DNA of 63,491 nt, filler included, from Collodictyon triciliatum (lineage: Eukaryota): assembly GCA_043381765.1 (NCBI GenBank). It is 26 parts of 26 records of this genome, joined end to end, with 100 filler letters (N's around TTAATTAATTAA, not from the genome) between each part and the next. Parts side by side here need not be neighbours in the genome. Positions count along the whole stretch, not along the records: positions 1 to 2,334 come from JBHJMP010009076.1; positions 2,435 to 4,768 come from JBHJMP010009077.1; positions 4,869 to 7,199 come from JBHJMP010009078.1; positions 7,300 to 9,630 come from JBHJMP010009079.1; positions 9,731 to 12,061 come from JBHJMP010009080.1; positions 12,162 to 14,492 come from JBHJMP010009081.1; 20 more parts are not named here. One strand, 5' to 3'. Numbering within the stretch: the stretch's first letter is position 1; each line of letters opens with the position of its first letter. A program made the position numbers and the translations under genes. Shown here one piece after another: positions 1 through 12,303 of this stretch. Under the pieces are notes generated by a model. It saw only the letters and a program-made list of their open reading frames with translations. It did no database searches and was not told the DNA's origin.

Positions 1-37
1 AGACATTCTGTCTCTCACCTACGCGATCGTAGGTATT

Positions 38-616
38 TTACCTCTTCTCTCCGTCTTCTGCTCCTCCTCGTAGTTTAGCCTGTCGGCTGTCGCTGTGGCT
101 GGAGAATACCTCTTCGTAGTGGACAGCGTATGCCTGCGCCTCACGGACACTCTTCGGTTCTCGATAATCCACTTCCAGCTTAGCTCTTGTTCTCAGCCCG
201 GATAGATACCTGTGGATCCTTTCGGCTTCAGTCATCTCCGAGATTGCGTCTACTATCTCGTTAAATGATCGGATATACTCCTCTATGGAGCCGGTTTGTG
301 AGAGTTTGTCTAACTTTAGTCGAAGTAAGCGCTGACTCGTCGCTCCTCTAAACTGTCGGGTTATCGCTTCTCCGAAGTCCTTCAAGCTGTTAAGCGCTTG
401 CACTTGTCCTTTATCCTCGTCCGCTCGGTAGCGTAGCCACCATTATGCTGCGGATCCATCCAGCAGTAAACTTACGAACATTAATTCCTGCTCCTGAGGT
501 ACCTTGCGTATTTGGAAGAATGTCTCCACCTTGTATAACCATGTCCTCACGTTCTGCCCTGGTGCCCCGGAGAACATATCCGGCGGTCGAATGGCTCCCT
601 CTGTGATGGACTGCAT
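38..616 (-). mobile_element. gag: Ty3/Gypsy-type LTR retrotransposon gag (capsid-like), with one in-frame stop
   Basis: ATG at 616 reads MQSITEGAIRPPDMFSG..VRTWLYKVETFF..LLDGSAA*WW (TAA at 443-445) and continues in frame to LDKLSQTGSIEEYIRSF..IHRYLSGL, typical retrotransposon gag motifs. Lies downstream of an LTR and PBS. Confidence 0.85.
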
Positions 617-681
617 GGTCTATACTCTCGTGCTAGGTTTGACGTGTTTCTGTTCTTCGGTCTTCCTCAGGAAGGTCACTT

Positions 682-697
682 CGCTTTGCTACCGAAA
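682..697 (-). promoter_or_regulatory. Primer-binding site-like sequence of the LTR element
   Basis: TTTCGGTAGCAAAGCG directly after the LTR's terminal CA; resembles tRNA-iMet-type PBS (TGGTAGCAGAG). Confidence 0.6.
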
Positions 698-941
698 TGT
701 AAGGGGATGTCCTTTTATTCTGCTATAAGCTTGTTTAATGATTCTCAACCTATTAACGGGTCGACGGACTCGTTAAATATCTCCTGGACAAAGGGTTCAG
801 GGGAGGTTTCTGAGAACGTTCCTGGAGTGGTCCACGGTGGTTCTTTGGACTGATTCTAAGAACATGCTTGGAGAATTCCGAGATGGGTCTTAGAATCAGA
901 TCAGAGATTCCAAGGACGCACTTGGGTGTCCAGTTGTTACA
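698..941 (-). mobile_element. 5' long terminal repeat (244 bp)
   Basis: Minus strand begins TGTAAC and ends CTTACA (TG..CA, TGTAA/TTACA inverted ends), has AATAAA near the 3' end, and is followed by PBS and gag. Confidence 0.8.
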
Positions 942-1690
942 CCTGACCTCGGCTTCCTTGACCCTGTTTCTGCTTGTCTGCTTGGTGGGTGTATTATTTT
1001 GTGGGGCTTTTTCTTGTCGTTCGTTGTTCGCGGCTGGCGGACGCTCTTTGAGAATGCGCTTTGGACAATTCTTACCCATGACCGTAAACTTTGCAGGGAG
1101 CTGATTCTTGTGGCTAGGAAGCTTCACCACGGCCGTGTCTGTGAAGAAGCCTTTTCCTTTTTTGTGTCCAGGTGACTTGGTCTGAACGGCTTCAGCTCCT
1201 CACGAATGGGTTGTGGCCACACGTCCAGTGGTAGTTGACAGAGCATCACCGAGGTCTGTTGATTTACTTCTGCTGGAGCTGATTGTAATATCGCTCAAAC
1301 TTACCTGCTTCAGCTCCAGAAGCTTTCGGGCGTTTTCTGCAGTGCGGAAGGCGATCAGGCAAAGGCCTTCGCTGTCCGGTAAGCTCAATTGGATGGACTC
1401 TTCTCAAAGTTTGTTCGCTTTCAAGAAGGAGGCGAGCGAATCTGTGAGCCTGCGGGCCTTGTTCTTGTTATAGACGACTTGCTCGACCCCGTGCAAAAAT
1501 ACTCTCCGATCAGACAGACTTGCAGGCGACTTCCTTGCACGGGTCTTTCTAGACTTTAGTGAAACTAGGAGGTTTTCCGCGCCAGTGTTGGAAGCAGAAG
1601 AACTGGCTGCAACTTGATAGAATTCGATGAAGTGCGGCTTGTGTATCTCTTTTTTTCAGTTTCTTATTTCACCGACTGTGGGGAATTAAG
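942..1690 (-). pseudogene. Degraded LINE (L1/Tx1-like) ORF1, interrupted by the LTR element
   Basis: Frames give RRM-like GLCLIAFRTAENARKLLE and KGFFTDTAVVKLP..LPAKFTVMG, followed by a low-complexity region; contains stops and frameshifts. Confidence 0.5.
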
Positions 1691-1699
1691 GGTTGATAA

Positions 1700-2334
1700 C
1701 CATATTCAATAAAACACACTTGCAGTTGGAGGTAAAATCAGCTTCAACAAAACAGACGGTATCCTATTAGGCCTACAGGATGGTGGAATCCTACCAGAAA
1801 ACATCGACTGGAAATACCCAAACCATGCACTCAGATACTTAGGAATAATGTATGGGAGCGTTTGCACAGAAAAGTGGGATAAGCTGCTCAACAATATCAA
1901 GTCCATAATCGCCTCTTGGAAAAGATTCCATCTGTCAGACATCGGAAAAGCGAGGCTATGGAACCAACGCATGCTATCGACCCTCATTCACAACATGAAG
2001 GGCTCTCACCTACCACAAAAGCACCTCGACACACTGGAGAGCATATGCCGCACCTTCATCACAACAAAGAGACAGCAATACAAAATCAAAACACTGATTA
2101 AGCCACCCACAGAAGGAGGCGTTGGACTCATCACACCCAAAACCGCATGGATATCACTGACCATGAAGTGGTGGACGGACATGTTCATGCAGCCGAAAGG
2201 GTTTTGGCAAATTGGGATGTGGAAACTCATCACCAAACTGTGTGCAGACTTCAAAACACAGTTGCAACAAAGGACAATCCCACGACCACCTCCAAACACA
2301 CCTGAGCCTTTGCTCTCGCGTTGGCAGATTCTGT
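1700..2334 (+). mobile_element. Non-LTR retrotransposon ORF2 fragment (end of RT domain and thumb)
   Basis: GGKISFNKTDGILLG..LRYLGIMYG..WKRFHLSDIGKARLWN..LIKPPTEGGVGL, L1/Tx1-type post-RT motifs; homologous to 51870-52431. Confidence 0.85.
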
Positions 2335-2434
2335 NNNNNNNNNNNNNNNNNNNNNNNNNNNNNNNNNNNNNNNNNNNNTTAATTAATTAANNNNNNNNNN
2401 NNNNNNNNNNNNNNNNNNNNNNNNNNNNNNNNNN
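2335..2434. other. Artificial contig spacer, first of 25 (others start at 4769, 7200, 9631, 12062, 14493, 16924, 19355, 21785, 25735, 28164, 30593, 33025, 35452, 37879, 40306, 42732, 45158, 47584, 50008, 52432, 54855, 57393, 59820, 62241)
   Basis: Identical N44-TTAATTAATTAA-N44 linker with stops in all six frames. Confidence 0.99.
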
Positions 2435-2479
<45 letters not shown>

Positions 2480-2482
<3 letters not shown>

Positions 2483-3889
2483 TCCTTTTGTGGTTAGTTT
2501 TTAATTTTAAAATTGCTCGTGAATTAATTACCTGATGGATTTTGAGCCCCACTTTTGGATATTGCTCCAGCAGTTGAACGAAATCGGATTTATGCAACTT
2601 TAAATCGAAAAAAAAAAATTAAAAATAGTACAAATGTAAAGTCCATTAAGAAAAAAAAAAGTGGCCCTTATATTATGTCTATGTGCCGTCTGTATTAAAA
2701 TCTTGGCAATTAGTTATATATTCTGTTGTTTCTAGATTTTTCTAAAGCAAACATTTCATCCAAGTGGACGATATTATATCATGGTATATTTTAATTAAAA
2801 AAAAAACTACACACATACCACGAATAATTCACAGACTTCAATGGCTTGCACTGATGCACTTCGCGTTGCATCGCTAAGTATGGCTATTTCACCTGCATCC
2901 AAACAGCCATTAGAAATCTTAGTAAATGAAGGACAGGTAAGGTAGAGTGCGAATATCATATTAAAGTATTGGTGTATGAAAATATGAATATGTGCACTAA
3001 ACCGAAATGCGCCCCTTCTCCTAATTCAGCTATAATTGTTTTGTTATCTGACGCTATAATTTGGACACGGCCACGGCTGATAAAATACATTTCGGCTCCG
3101 CGCTCCCTTTGGTAGATGTAAGTATATTATGGCTACCAGATACACAAGATTTTAATCGAAAATTGGAATGACATGGTAAGGATGGGATAAATAGAAGATA
3201 GAGAAACGTTTACAACTACTGATAAAACAATCGGGTAGGGGAAATAAATGCATGTGTAGTTGGTAGAAAGAAAAATACCCTTGACGAAAAACAAAATCGC
3301 CAGGCGGACATAATTCTGGTTGAATCTTTAGTGATAAAGCACGAATGAATGCCTCTTCGGCGTCTCTGAAAAGAGGCACTTTTTGGAGGAGATTCTTGTG
3401 CAGATGCATTGATATTTCCATCTTCATGTCTCTGGGTAAATCGTCCAAGATTGCACGTTCATCCAATCCTTTTATTGGTCGCATTTTAGGATACGTTTTA
3501 AAGAGTATGAATACTGCACAAATATGGAGGATTGGTAGTTACATACCTCTATTCAAGTGCCAAATTCTCTCATAATAAAGTCTAATCTTATTTCTAATAT
3601 CTTCGGGTAATCTCCGATACTAAGTGTAGGAATCACGTATTAGATTGGTTTTTTGGTTTTTTGGTTTTTGGTTTTCGTAGAATTAGGAATTTGATATACC
3701 ATTTTTCAAAAAAAAAAATATCAATCAACATTTGCCGTCAGAGAACGGGATGTAAATATAAACCTTCATGAATTCATCAACGGCCTGTAGCCGGTCTCTG
3801 AACTGAGATCTTGTTCGGTCAAGATTGGCTGTTATCCGATGGTTTAATATTAGAATTAAATTTCATGAGTGATAGCTTCACGAAATGTG

Positions 3890-3921
<32 letters not shown>

Positions 3922-4590
3922 AAAAAAGGGGGGGGGGGGGGGGGGAAGAGAAATTATAAAAAAAGTGATTTAAAAAAAATGGTAGACCTATGGCAGAGTT
4001 CATAGACCCTAAGATTCCGGCGAATACAAAGAGAGCTACCAAGACCAAGACAGAAGACAGAAGGCACTCTTCATCCGTCTTTGGTAAAAGACTCCCTCCA
4101 AGTCCAGCAAGATTTGTCAGTCCCCACGCAATTGCACGAATGTATTTTGATGTGATACTCTGTAATGCAAAATTGTGTAAGAACTTAGGACCCAAAAGTG
4201 TAAGAGTAATCTAGCTTACCAACTCGATAATTTTTCGATCTGCTGAAAAGTCATTTCCAGGATACCCCTGAAAGCCAGTTTTAGAAAAGTAGTAAAAGAA
4301 AGTATAACACACTAAAAAAAAAAAAAGCTATAATGAAAATAAGTTAATGTTTATAACGAATATCAGAGTTTCTTTTAATCGAATAAATAGCTTTTTTTTT
4401 TCCTTAATTAATCGAATAAATAGTTAGAGGGGTGGAAAGGGGGGAAGAAATAACGGAGTTTGAGATTTTTATACTTGAACTCTCGTCACGTAGAACCATG
4501 CACAGCCTGCCCAATGCGCTACAAGATAAAAGTGAAATCCAAGCCGTACAGCGCGACCCATGTTAGAGGTTGTCGCCCAGATATTAGCCT
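2480..4590 (-). CDS. Cyclic-nucleotide-gated (CNG/HCN/EAG-like) ion channel, partial, about 9 exons
   Basis: S5 [14 protein letters not shown]; pore [18 protein letters not shown]6; C-linker [80 protein letters not shown] (cNMP-binding domain); GT-AG introns. Confidence 0.9.
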
Positions 4591-4768
4591 TGAATGAATA
4601 AATGAATGAATGGATGGATGAATGGATGAATGAATGGATGGATGAATGGATGAATGAATGGATGGATGAATGGATGAATGGATGAATGGATGAATGGATG
4701 AATGGATGAATGGATGAATGGATGAATGGATGAATGGATGAATGGATGAATGGATGAATGGATGAATG
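4590..4768. repeat. (GAAT/GGAT)n microsatellite
   Basis: Direct observation. Confidence 0.95.
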
Positions 4769-7549
4769 NNNNNNNNNNNNNNNNNNNNNNNNNNNNNNNN
4801 NNNNNNNNNNNNTTAATTAATTAANNNNNNNNNNNNNNNNNNNNNNNNNNNNNNNNNNNNNNNNNNNNGAGCTGAACGACATCAGCCTTGTAAAATTGGC
4901 GCGTCCATCAACTCGGTTAGTGGCTTCAAAGGCTCAAAGAACTTGTCACCGAGGCCTTTCGAGATTGAAAAAGGTATTGGGCTGCCTCAGTGATACCAAC
5001 TCGTATGAGATGGTCTTCTGGTCTATCTTGAGTAAGACATATTAGTATGAACCATCACTATAGAATGAGGTCAGCACAAGAGCCACGGGCGGTGAATTTC
5101 CTCCTCTCTCTCCCATCGCATCATGTCCTTCTTGACTCGCAGTTCTGAACCACATACGCTGGGATAGAAACTACGAAACTCGCATCGATTCCCGACAGAT
5201 CATGGCTGAGCTCAGAGAGCTTCACCACTATCAACCCGGTTGTAATCATGGTCACCCGAGGAATGGGCTTTGTCAGTGTCGCGAAAGCCGTAGCGCTTAT
5301 CACTTATCTCGAGAAGTCCACTACGAAGTTGCGTCCAAATCTGATAATACAAATAAAATAAGCAACTCGAGTTTGATATCCTCATCGACGAGCATGTGAG
5401 GGTTCTTACTTTAAAGTTCAAGATCTTCCTCATGCAAGCTGAACTAATATTAGAGGAGACCAGACAGTCGTAAGCTCGGCATTTCTCAACCATCTCTCAT
5501 TCCATTTGTTATAATTTGCAGGTTTTGAGGCTTCTGCTCAGCCATTTGTTGATCTCTGTCCTTATTGCCCATACATCCCTGAGGCATACGCAGCATAATA
5601 ATTTCCCTGACAGAAACTCTGAAGCTTTGCTTCTTTGTTAATATAATACTAAGAGGAAGGCAAAATAAGGAAAACTTTCATAATGCGTAAACATGAACAA
5701 AAGCAGATTGAACTGAAGCAAATGCATCTGAATAATTCCACGAATAGAAATATTCTAAAATATACAAAAGCGGATATTATATTGTATATTTTATTTTTTC
5801 GACATTGTCATTCCATTGATTTATACAATCACAATAATTAAATCGCATGTTGCATTAATGATGATATTTACAAATTTCACAGAATTTCATTACATGTTCG
5901 GTATTCAGAATACATACATTTATCACATGCGCTAATCAGGAACAACCCACAAGTCCAAGGAATCGGGGCTACCGAATGCTATGATGATAGTAAAAATAGC
6001 TAATGACCCGAAAAAGAACAGCATCGTTGGTTAAAATAGCGCTAGTTATCTAAAAGGTGCAGTGTCTTTTGTTCAGATATTGGTCTATTTCTTTGAATAG
6101 TTCAAGAATTGTGGCTAATTTATCACCAAATTTGGAAAATAACAAAAAATTCTTCGCATTGGTTCGTTTATACTACATTTATTGTTTAAGTATCTTATTT
6201 CGAAAAAATTTTTAGATTTCTCGTAGAAAACCAAAACTAATCAAATCTGGAAATATTATAAATTGGAAAATTTAATTAACGTGTTATTAAAATTTAAGGA
6301 AATCAAAGAACTGAGAAATGTATTAAATATACCTAGTGTAATATTTCATCTCATGCTTTTATTCTAATCTCGAACACTCACTGCCCTCAATTACTGTTGT
6401 CACTAATTGTTGATTCACTAAAGCACGCGAGTGGAGTATCCTATCATATGTTGATTAGACGCAACAATATTGCATGTCTTTCTATCTTGAATTAAAACAG
6501 TCCCACCCCCATCAATACTTTTACAAAAAGAGGCAATTGTGCGCATTACAGATGGTGGATGGTTTGTGCCTGATGATTGAAGAGAAAAGGCGGTTGAGAA
6601 ATAGTGGAGACGATTGGATTTTGGGCGAGTGAGGCAACATATCGACAGGATATATGGGTAAATAACAGTGAATCTATTTGGAAATCAAGCATTCATTTGC
6701 CTCAGGTTTCCTAATGGCCACTTGCCATGATTGTTTAAACATATAAATATAGCAAGAAAGCAATTAAGATAAAATGTCTACTTGATGTAATTTAGTGTAT
6801 CGTCATCAAATATGGTGTATGATTGAAGAATGTTGGTTTGGAGACGCATGAGCCATTCATTGACTTGATAGAAAAAAACCAACATGGCTCCACATAGTGC
6901 TTTTGTTTCTGGACACCGTTTATGCTGGGTCCAAATATCTCTTGGATAAGCTGAAAGCAGCACTAATCCCGAGAGTGCATCGCAGAGTCTCGCCCTAGTG
7001 CCACATAGATTTGGGATAATAATTCATAGATGTTTGTGCTCAATAAAGTTGTCCTCGTTCTTTGGCAGACTGGATTATTGAAGAATAATGAATAGTTTTT
7101 TCACAACTCTACGTATTCGCAAGTCTGAATGTGCTATTTTAATAGCCATAGAGCGATGATTTAGAGTAATATTTATGAAATCAATAAAGAGTCCAATAAN
7201 NNNNNNNNNNNNNNNNNNNNNNNNNNNNNNNNNNNNNNNNNNNTTAATTAATTAANNNNNNNNNNNNNNNNNNNNNNNNNNNNNNNNNNNNNNNNNNNNC
7301 CCCCACAAAAAAAAAAAAAAAGAATCTGTCCAAACTACCTACCTTGTCCAGGTACCATACCTTTGGCCCCATCTAATACCACATAAGGCCCATCTATGCC
7401 ATATCCGGCCTGTCCACAACACGTGCTACCCCAACCCTCGCCTAACCCTAGCTTAACCCTACCCTAACCCTAGCTTAACACTCGTCTGGCCTGCCTCCAG
7501 CCCTACTTTCTGCCCTGCCCTACCCGCTAGTTGCCCTGGCCCTCAACAT

Positions 7550-9630
7550 TCATACTATTTTGAGTGCCCCTAAATAACAATAACTTCCAGAAGCCAACCA
7601 TATTTCACCATTCGGTCCTTGAATACTGCAAACACTCCTGACAGTAATTGTATGTCCTTCTAACAGGTGGATTTGGTTTCCTGTGGCTACATCCCAGATA
7701 CGTATTGTATAATCATTGCTTCCAGAAGCCAGCCAATTTTCACCATTCGGTCCTTGAATACTGCAAAGACTATAGACAGCACTTGTATGTCCTTCTAATG
7801 TTTTGATTTGGTTTCCTGTGGCTACATCCCAAATACGTATTGTTTCATCACCACTTCCAGAAGTTAGCCAATTTTCACCATTGGGTCCTTGAATACTACA
7901 AACACTATAGACATCTCGTGTATGACCTTCTAATGCTTTGATTTGGTTTCCTGTGGCTACATCCCAGATACGTATTGTATTATCACCACTTCCAGAAGCC
8001 AGCCAATTTTCACCATTCGGTCCTTGAATACTGCAAACACTATTGACAGGTTCTGTATGACCTTCCAATGTTTTGATTTGGTTTCCTGTGGCTACACCCC
8101 AAATACGAATTGTTTTATCCCAACTTCCAGAAGCCAACCAATTTTCACCATTCGGCCCTTGAATGCTGCAAACACAATTTATAGTTCTTGTATGACCTTC
8201 CAATATATCATGAGGAATTCCGAATTTCACCTTATTCATATACGCATTATCAAAAACACAATCACCAAGCATCGAATTCGTGAAATCGAAACCATCCAAG
8301 TTGGCACCAGTGAGGTTTGCACCATCAAGGATTGAGTTACTGAGGTTTGCATGTGGAATTTTGATGTTTGATAAATCCAATTCAGTGAAAGAAACATTCA
8401 TAAAATTCAAAAGTGTGATTGCATTAGATGCAACCTTTGCTTTGCTCTCATCAGTATTTGACATGTAGACAATTCTGAATAAAAATGGAATTATTTGTTC
8501 ACGATTCCATTCCTTATCTAGTTTTGCATCATCAAGAGTTTCACAAATGAATTCCTTGACTCTTGTAAACTCGACAGGCTCTTTGTTGATTCCGATTCCA
8601 TTCGAATGGAAGGACAAGAATTCGCATGTGTTCAATATTCTGGGATGAATCCATCCAAGTTTATCGGCAAATCTGTCTCTCATTTCAGCCCAAAATGCCA
8701 CTGCTTCGTTATGTAGCTTGTTATCCTTGCAGTATCGGTGTGCAGTCTCACAAGCCATCCAGCAGTCCCAGTTTTCATAGGATGACTTTTCGCTGTGTCT
8801 GACAGCAGCCGTTTTGTAAAGCTGAATGACGGCTTCATGCTCTTTCTTATCTTCCAAAAGTTTCGCAATTCCTATGCATTGTGAGCCATCTTTCAGCGAC
8901 ATGATGGTATTTGTCTCATTTCTGATAACAGCTGCCTTCTGTAAGTATTCAACAACTTGGTCCAATCTTAAATAATAAAAATTGATTAAAATTAGGTTAC
9001 TTTTTATTTACACGTGGTTATCTTTAAGTACTCAATTGATAAATATAATAGAGAAATTAACCTTTTAAGCTCGAAGTTTGTTCTGCCAACATTCTCAAGA
9101 GAAGTCGCATAATCAGCATGCTTTTCGCCTAGTGTTCTCGTGCGAATATCCAACGTCTTTGAATAGGACTCCAAAGCATATTTGAAGCTATAATAGTATA
9201 AACATACGAATTATTTTTTAATCTATACAACTAAAATAATTAAAAACCATATTTCATCAAAAGATACTCCTTCAAATCATGGCTGATGTTTCCAATCTTT
9301 TCATAGCAGGCCACAACATTCGGATGGTTTCTACCCAGGGCAGACATGAAGATATCCAACGATTGTTTTAATAAGGAAGAGGCTTCCGTTTTCCTATGAG
9401 AAAAAATACCTGAATATTTTATAATAGCAAATATACTATGAGAAATTACAGCGCCTAGGTAGGATCCGTTCAATTGAAATATAAGAATCCTAATACAGAT
9501 GCCATAAATTAAAAAAATTGTATAAAAGTATCCATAAGTTTAAAATTTTCAACTTTCCACTTGCAAGATGAACACTCGCAATAAACTGGATTGTCGAGGC
9601 AACAGATGCATGCTTAGCTCCCAGCGATTT
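7550..9630 (-). CDS. TPR - pentapeptide repeat - WD40 repeat protein, 5' partial
   Basis: Kinesin-light-chain-type TPR exons (SLDIFMSALGRNHPNVVACYEKIG; TLDIRTRTLGEKHADYATSLENVG), then a large last exon with ASNAITLLN, pentapeptides (ANLSNSILDGANLTGANL) and about 5 WD40 units of 135 bp. Confidence 0.85.
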
Positions 9631-9730
9631 NNNNNNNNNNNNNNNNNNNNNNNNNNNNNNNNNNNNNNNNNNNNTTAATTAATTAANNNNNNNNNNNNNN
9701 NNNNNNNNNNNNNNNNNNNNNNNNNNNNNN

Positions 9731-9796
<66 letters not shown>

Positions 9797-9924
9797 AAAA
9801 AAAAACAAAAAAAAACAAAAAAAACAAAAAAAAACAATAGAGCAAAAAACAAATCATAGATATAAAATATAGATAAATTTCGAAATACAGATACGAAAGA
9901 GTATCATTAAGAATGGAAAAATAC

Positions 9925-10790
9925 CCATGGCTCGGACCAATTTGCTGAATGATTCGAAAGGAACCAACCCACCAGGAATCTCTTTGATAAACTGCTTTAA
10001 AACTCCAAATACAGCGACAGGATCCACGGACGCCAAGTTGATTGTGATATCTGTTTGCATCGAGAATATTAGGAAGCAGACAAAAAGTAGAAAAGATGGG
10101 GCATCTTGTAATTTATGGCCGAATGATACTCGTACAGTTGCCCATAAAAATTGATATGAATACACATTGAAACATAAAAATATAAACGAATGCATTTGAG
10201 CCTTCACTTCATGTGATATTATACATTCAGTGCCACCTGAGTCGTAAATAGACTTGAGCTTTTGAACTTGCGAGCTGGGTGATGCGCTGCGAAATATGAT
10301 GTCCAAATCTACCATAGGATAAAATATGCGATTAAACTCATAAGGTTATTCTATCCAAGTGAACACCAACTGGCAACTGAAAGGAAAATATGTTTGAGAT
10401 ATCTTGGAGACAGTCTGCAATAACATTCATTAATCGCTCGCTAGAGTAGAGTATAATTAGGGTCGTCAGAGAGTGAAAGTAAAAAAGAAAAAAAAACTAA
10501 GAAACTGAGGAACAAGTTGAAAGTCTATACAATGTGGTAAAGAATGCCGAACACCACTTATTGACCAGGCGAAGAAACGCATGTTTTTGGTTAATCCGAA
10601 GCGGGCCTTTTTACCTTCTTGAACCTCGATGTAGTTTAACATTTCCAGCAGGAATGTCGGGATACCACCAGGATTTGGCCTTCTCTTCAGCACATCTGGC
10701 AAAGAAACGCCGAATACAGGCAGCGCAGTTTCTGATGGCGCACCAATGAATGGGACTTTAGAGGCTGGACTTTGACGAATAATCAAAACA
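9925..10790 (-). CDS. RhoGAP domain protein, partial
   Basis: Exons PVFGVSLPDVL..GIPTFLLEMLNYIE; DIIFRSASPSSQVQKLKSIYD; DPVAVFGVLKQFIKEIPGGLVPF. Confidence 0.8.
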
Positions 10791-11317
10791 TTTGGCAAGA
10801 AGGTCTCATTCAACATACTGTGAGTACCAGTATAGTCGCATATGCATTAATTCTGTATATATATATGCTGCATGCCATTCTATATGAAAGACTTCAACAA
10901 TCGACATATACCGTATCCTCAATATCATCAGAGGTGGTGCTGCCACATGCAAGGGGCAAATGAAAGGAAAAGGAAAAGGAAAAGGAAAAGGAAAAGGAAA
11001 AGGAAAAGGAAAAGGAAAAGGAAAAGGAAAAGGAAAAGAAGAGGGCATTGTAGGAAAAGTGCTCTCAAATCATAGAGAACGTAAAGAACAAAACGTAATA
11101 TAAATGAAAATGAAAAAAATATGTGAAAAAAACAAGTATAGATAAACGAAAAGAGAAATAGGGAGGCTTGCCTTGCGATGTCATGGAGCGAGTAACGATG
11201 CGCGACATGGAATCTCTTGCGTTACCGACTGCAATCTTATACTATTTGTCCCTCTTTTCTTCTTTTTCTTTTCTCCCTGCCTCTGTCTCTCTCTCTCTCT
11301 CTTCCTCTCTGGGAGGT

Positions 11318-11900
11318 TATGGGCGACTGGTTCAGCACGAAAGAAAGTCCAACTCCTGCAATACAAAAAGTGGTGGATTGGTTCTGCAAATCTAACTCAG
11401 CCGCTGATTTTACAACATTTGCTGCCCGACCAACACACGCTTTACGAAACAAAGGACAGATACATCATTCTTCTGTTTTTTTTTGTTTTTTTTTTTTTCT
11501 TTCTCTCGGCCCGTCCCTGTGATCGGCAGATTCTCTCTGTAAGTGCGTTGGACACCGCACAAAAGCGACACGAGATATTCGGAAGGTCACTGGAACAATT
11601 ATTGCTCGAAGCCTTTTTTGAATTTTTGAATTTTTGAACGTTTGAATAATTTACTGGACATTTTTTTTTACAGTTTGTGGGTCTGTGTCGACATTTTGCC
11701 AAAGCCCATGTTCCGTACATTCCAGTTATGGACTCGTTGACCACACCTGATCCAAGCCTCGCAGCCTCAATCCATCGATTGATCGCACACAAAGCGCTCT
11801 GGGTTGATCTGGCTATTGGTGAGCGGCGTGTCTGCCAGACTCTGTGCGCAAAGGGGCTGTTGCGCAGACGCAAGTGGGATTGGCTGGGAAGAAAGGGTTG
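11318..11900 (+). CDS. Probable multi-exon hypothetical protein, partial
   Basis: GC-richer open segments (MGDWFSTKESPTPAIQKVVDWF..; FVGLCRHFAKAHVPYIPV..) separated by pyrimidine-rich intron-like tracts; no family recognised. Confidence 0.35.
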
Positions 11901-12162
11901 ATTATATTCCACAAAAAAAGCGTAAAAGAGCAATAAAAAAACATAAAAAAAACATAAAAAAAACATAAAAAAAACATAAAAAAAAACATAAAAAAAACAT
12001 AAAAAAAACATAAAAAAAACATAAAAAAAACATAAAAAAAACATAAAAAAAACAAAAAAAANNNNNNNNNNNNNNNNNNNNNNNNNNNNNNNNNNNNNNN
12101 NNNNNTTAATTAATTAANNNNNNNNNNNNNNNNNNNNNNNNNNNNNNNNNNNNNNNNNNNNT

Positions 12163-12303
12163 TTCTACAACTACCAGGGCGCAGTTCAGCACCGCATCCT
12201 CTTGGACGGCTGCCTGGGCGCCTGCTTCGGACTCGACGGCACTTTCTATGCCACGAGTCTTTCGCAGAGGTCGGTCTCGGCCTTCTCTGCCAACCCCCAA
12301 TAA
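12163..12303 (+). CDS. C-terminal fragment of a beta-propeller (NHL-like) protein
   Basis: FYNYQGAVQHRILLDGCLGACFGLDGTFYATSLSQRSVSAFSANPQ*. Confidence 0.35.
   Translation, partial: FYNYQGAVQHRILLDGCLGACFGLDGTFYATSLSQRSVSAFSANPQ

Noticed and set aside
443-445. In-frame TAA in gag as evidence of stop-codon reassignment
   Set aside because: TAA ends conserved host genes here (Tat-SF1, SCAI); a nonsense mutation is simpler.
4869-7199. Coding-like patches at 4869-5500 and 6540-7100
   Set aside because: No recognisable motif or consistent exon structure.
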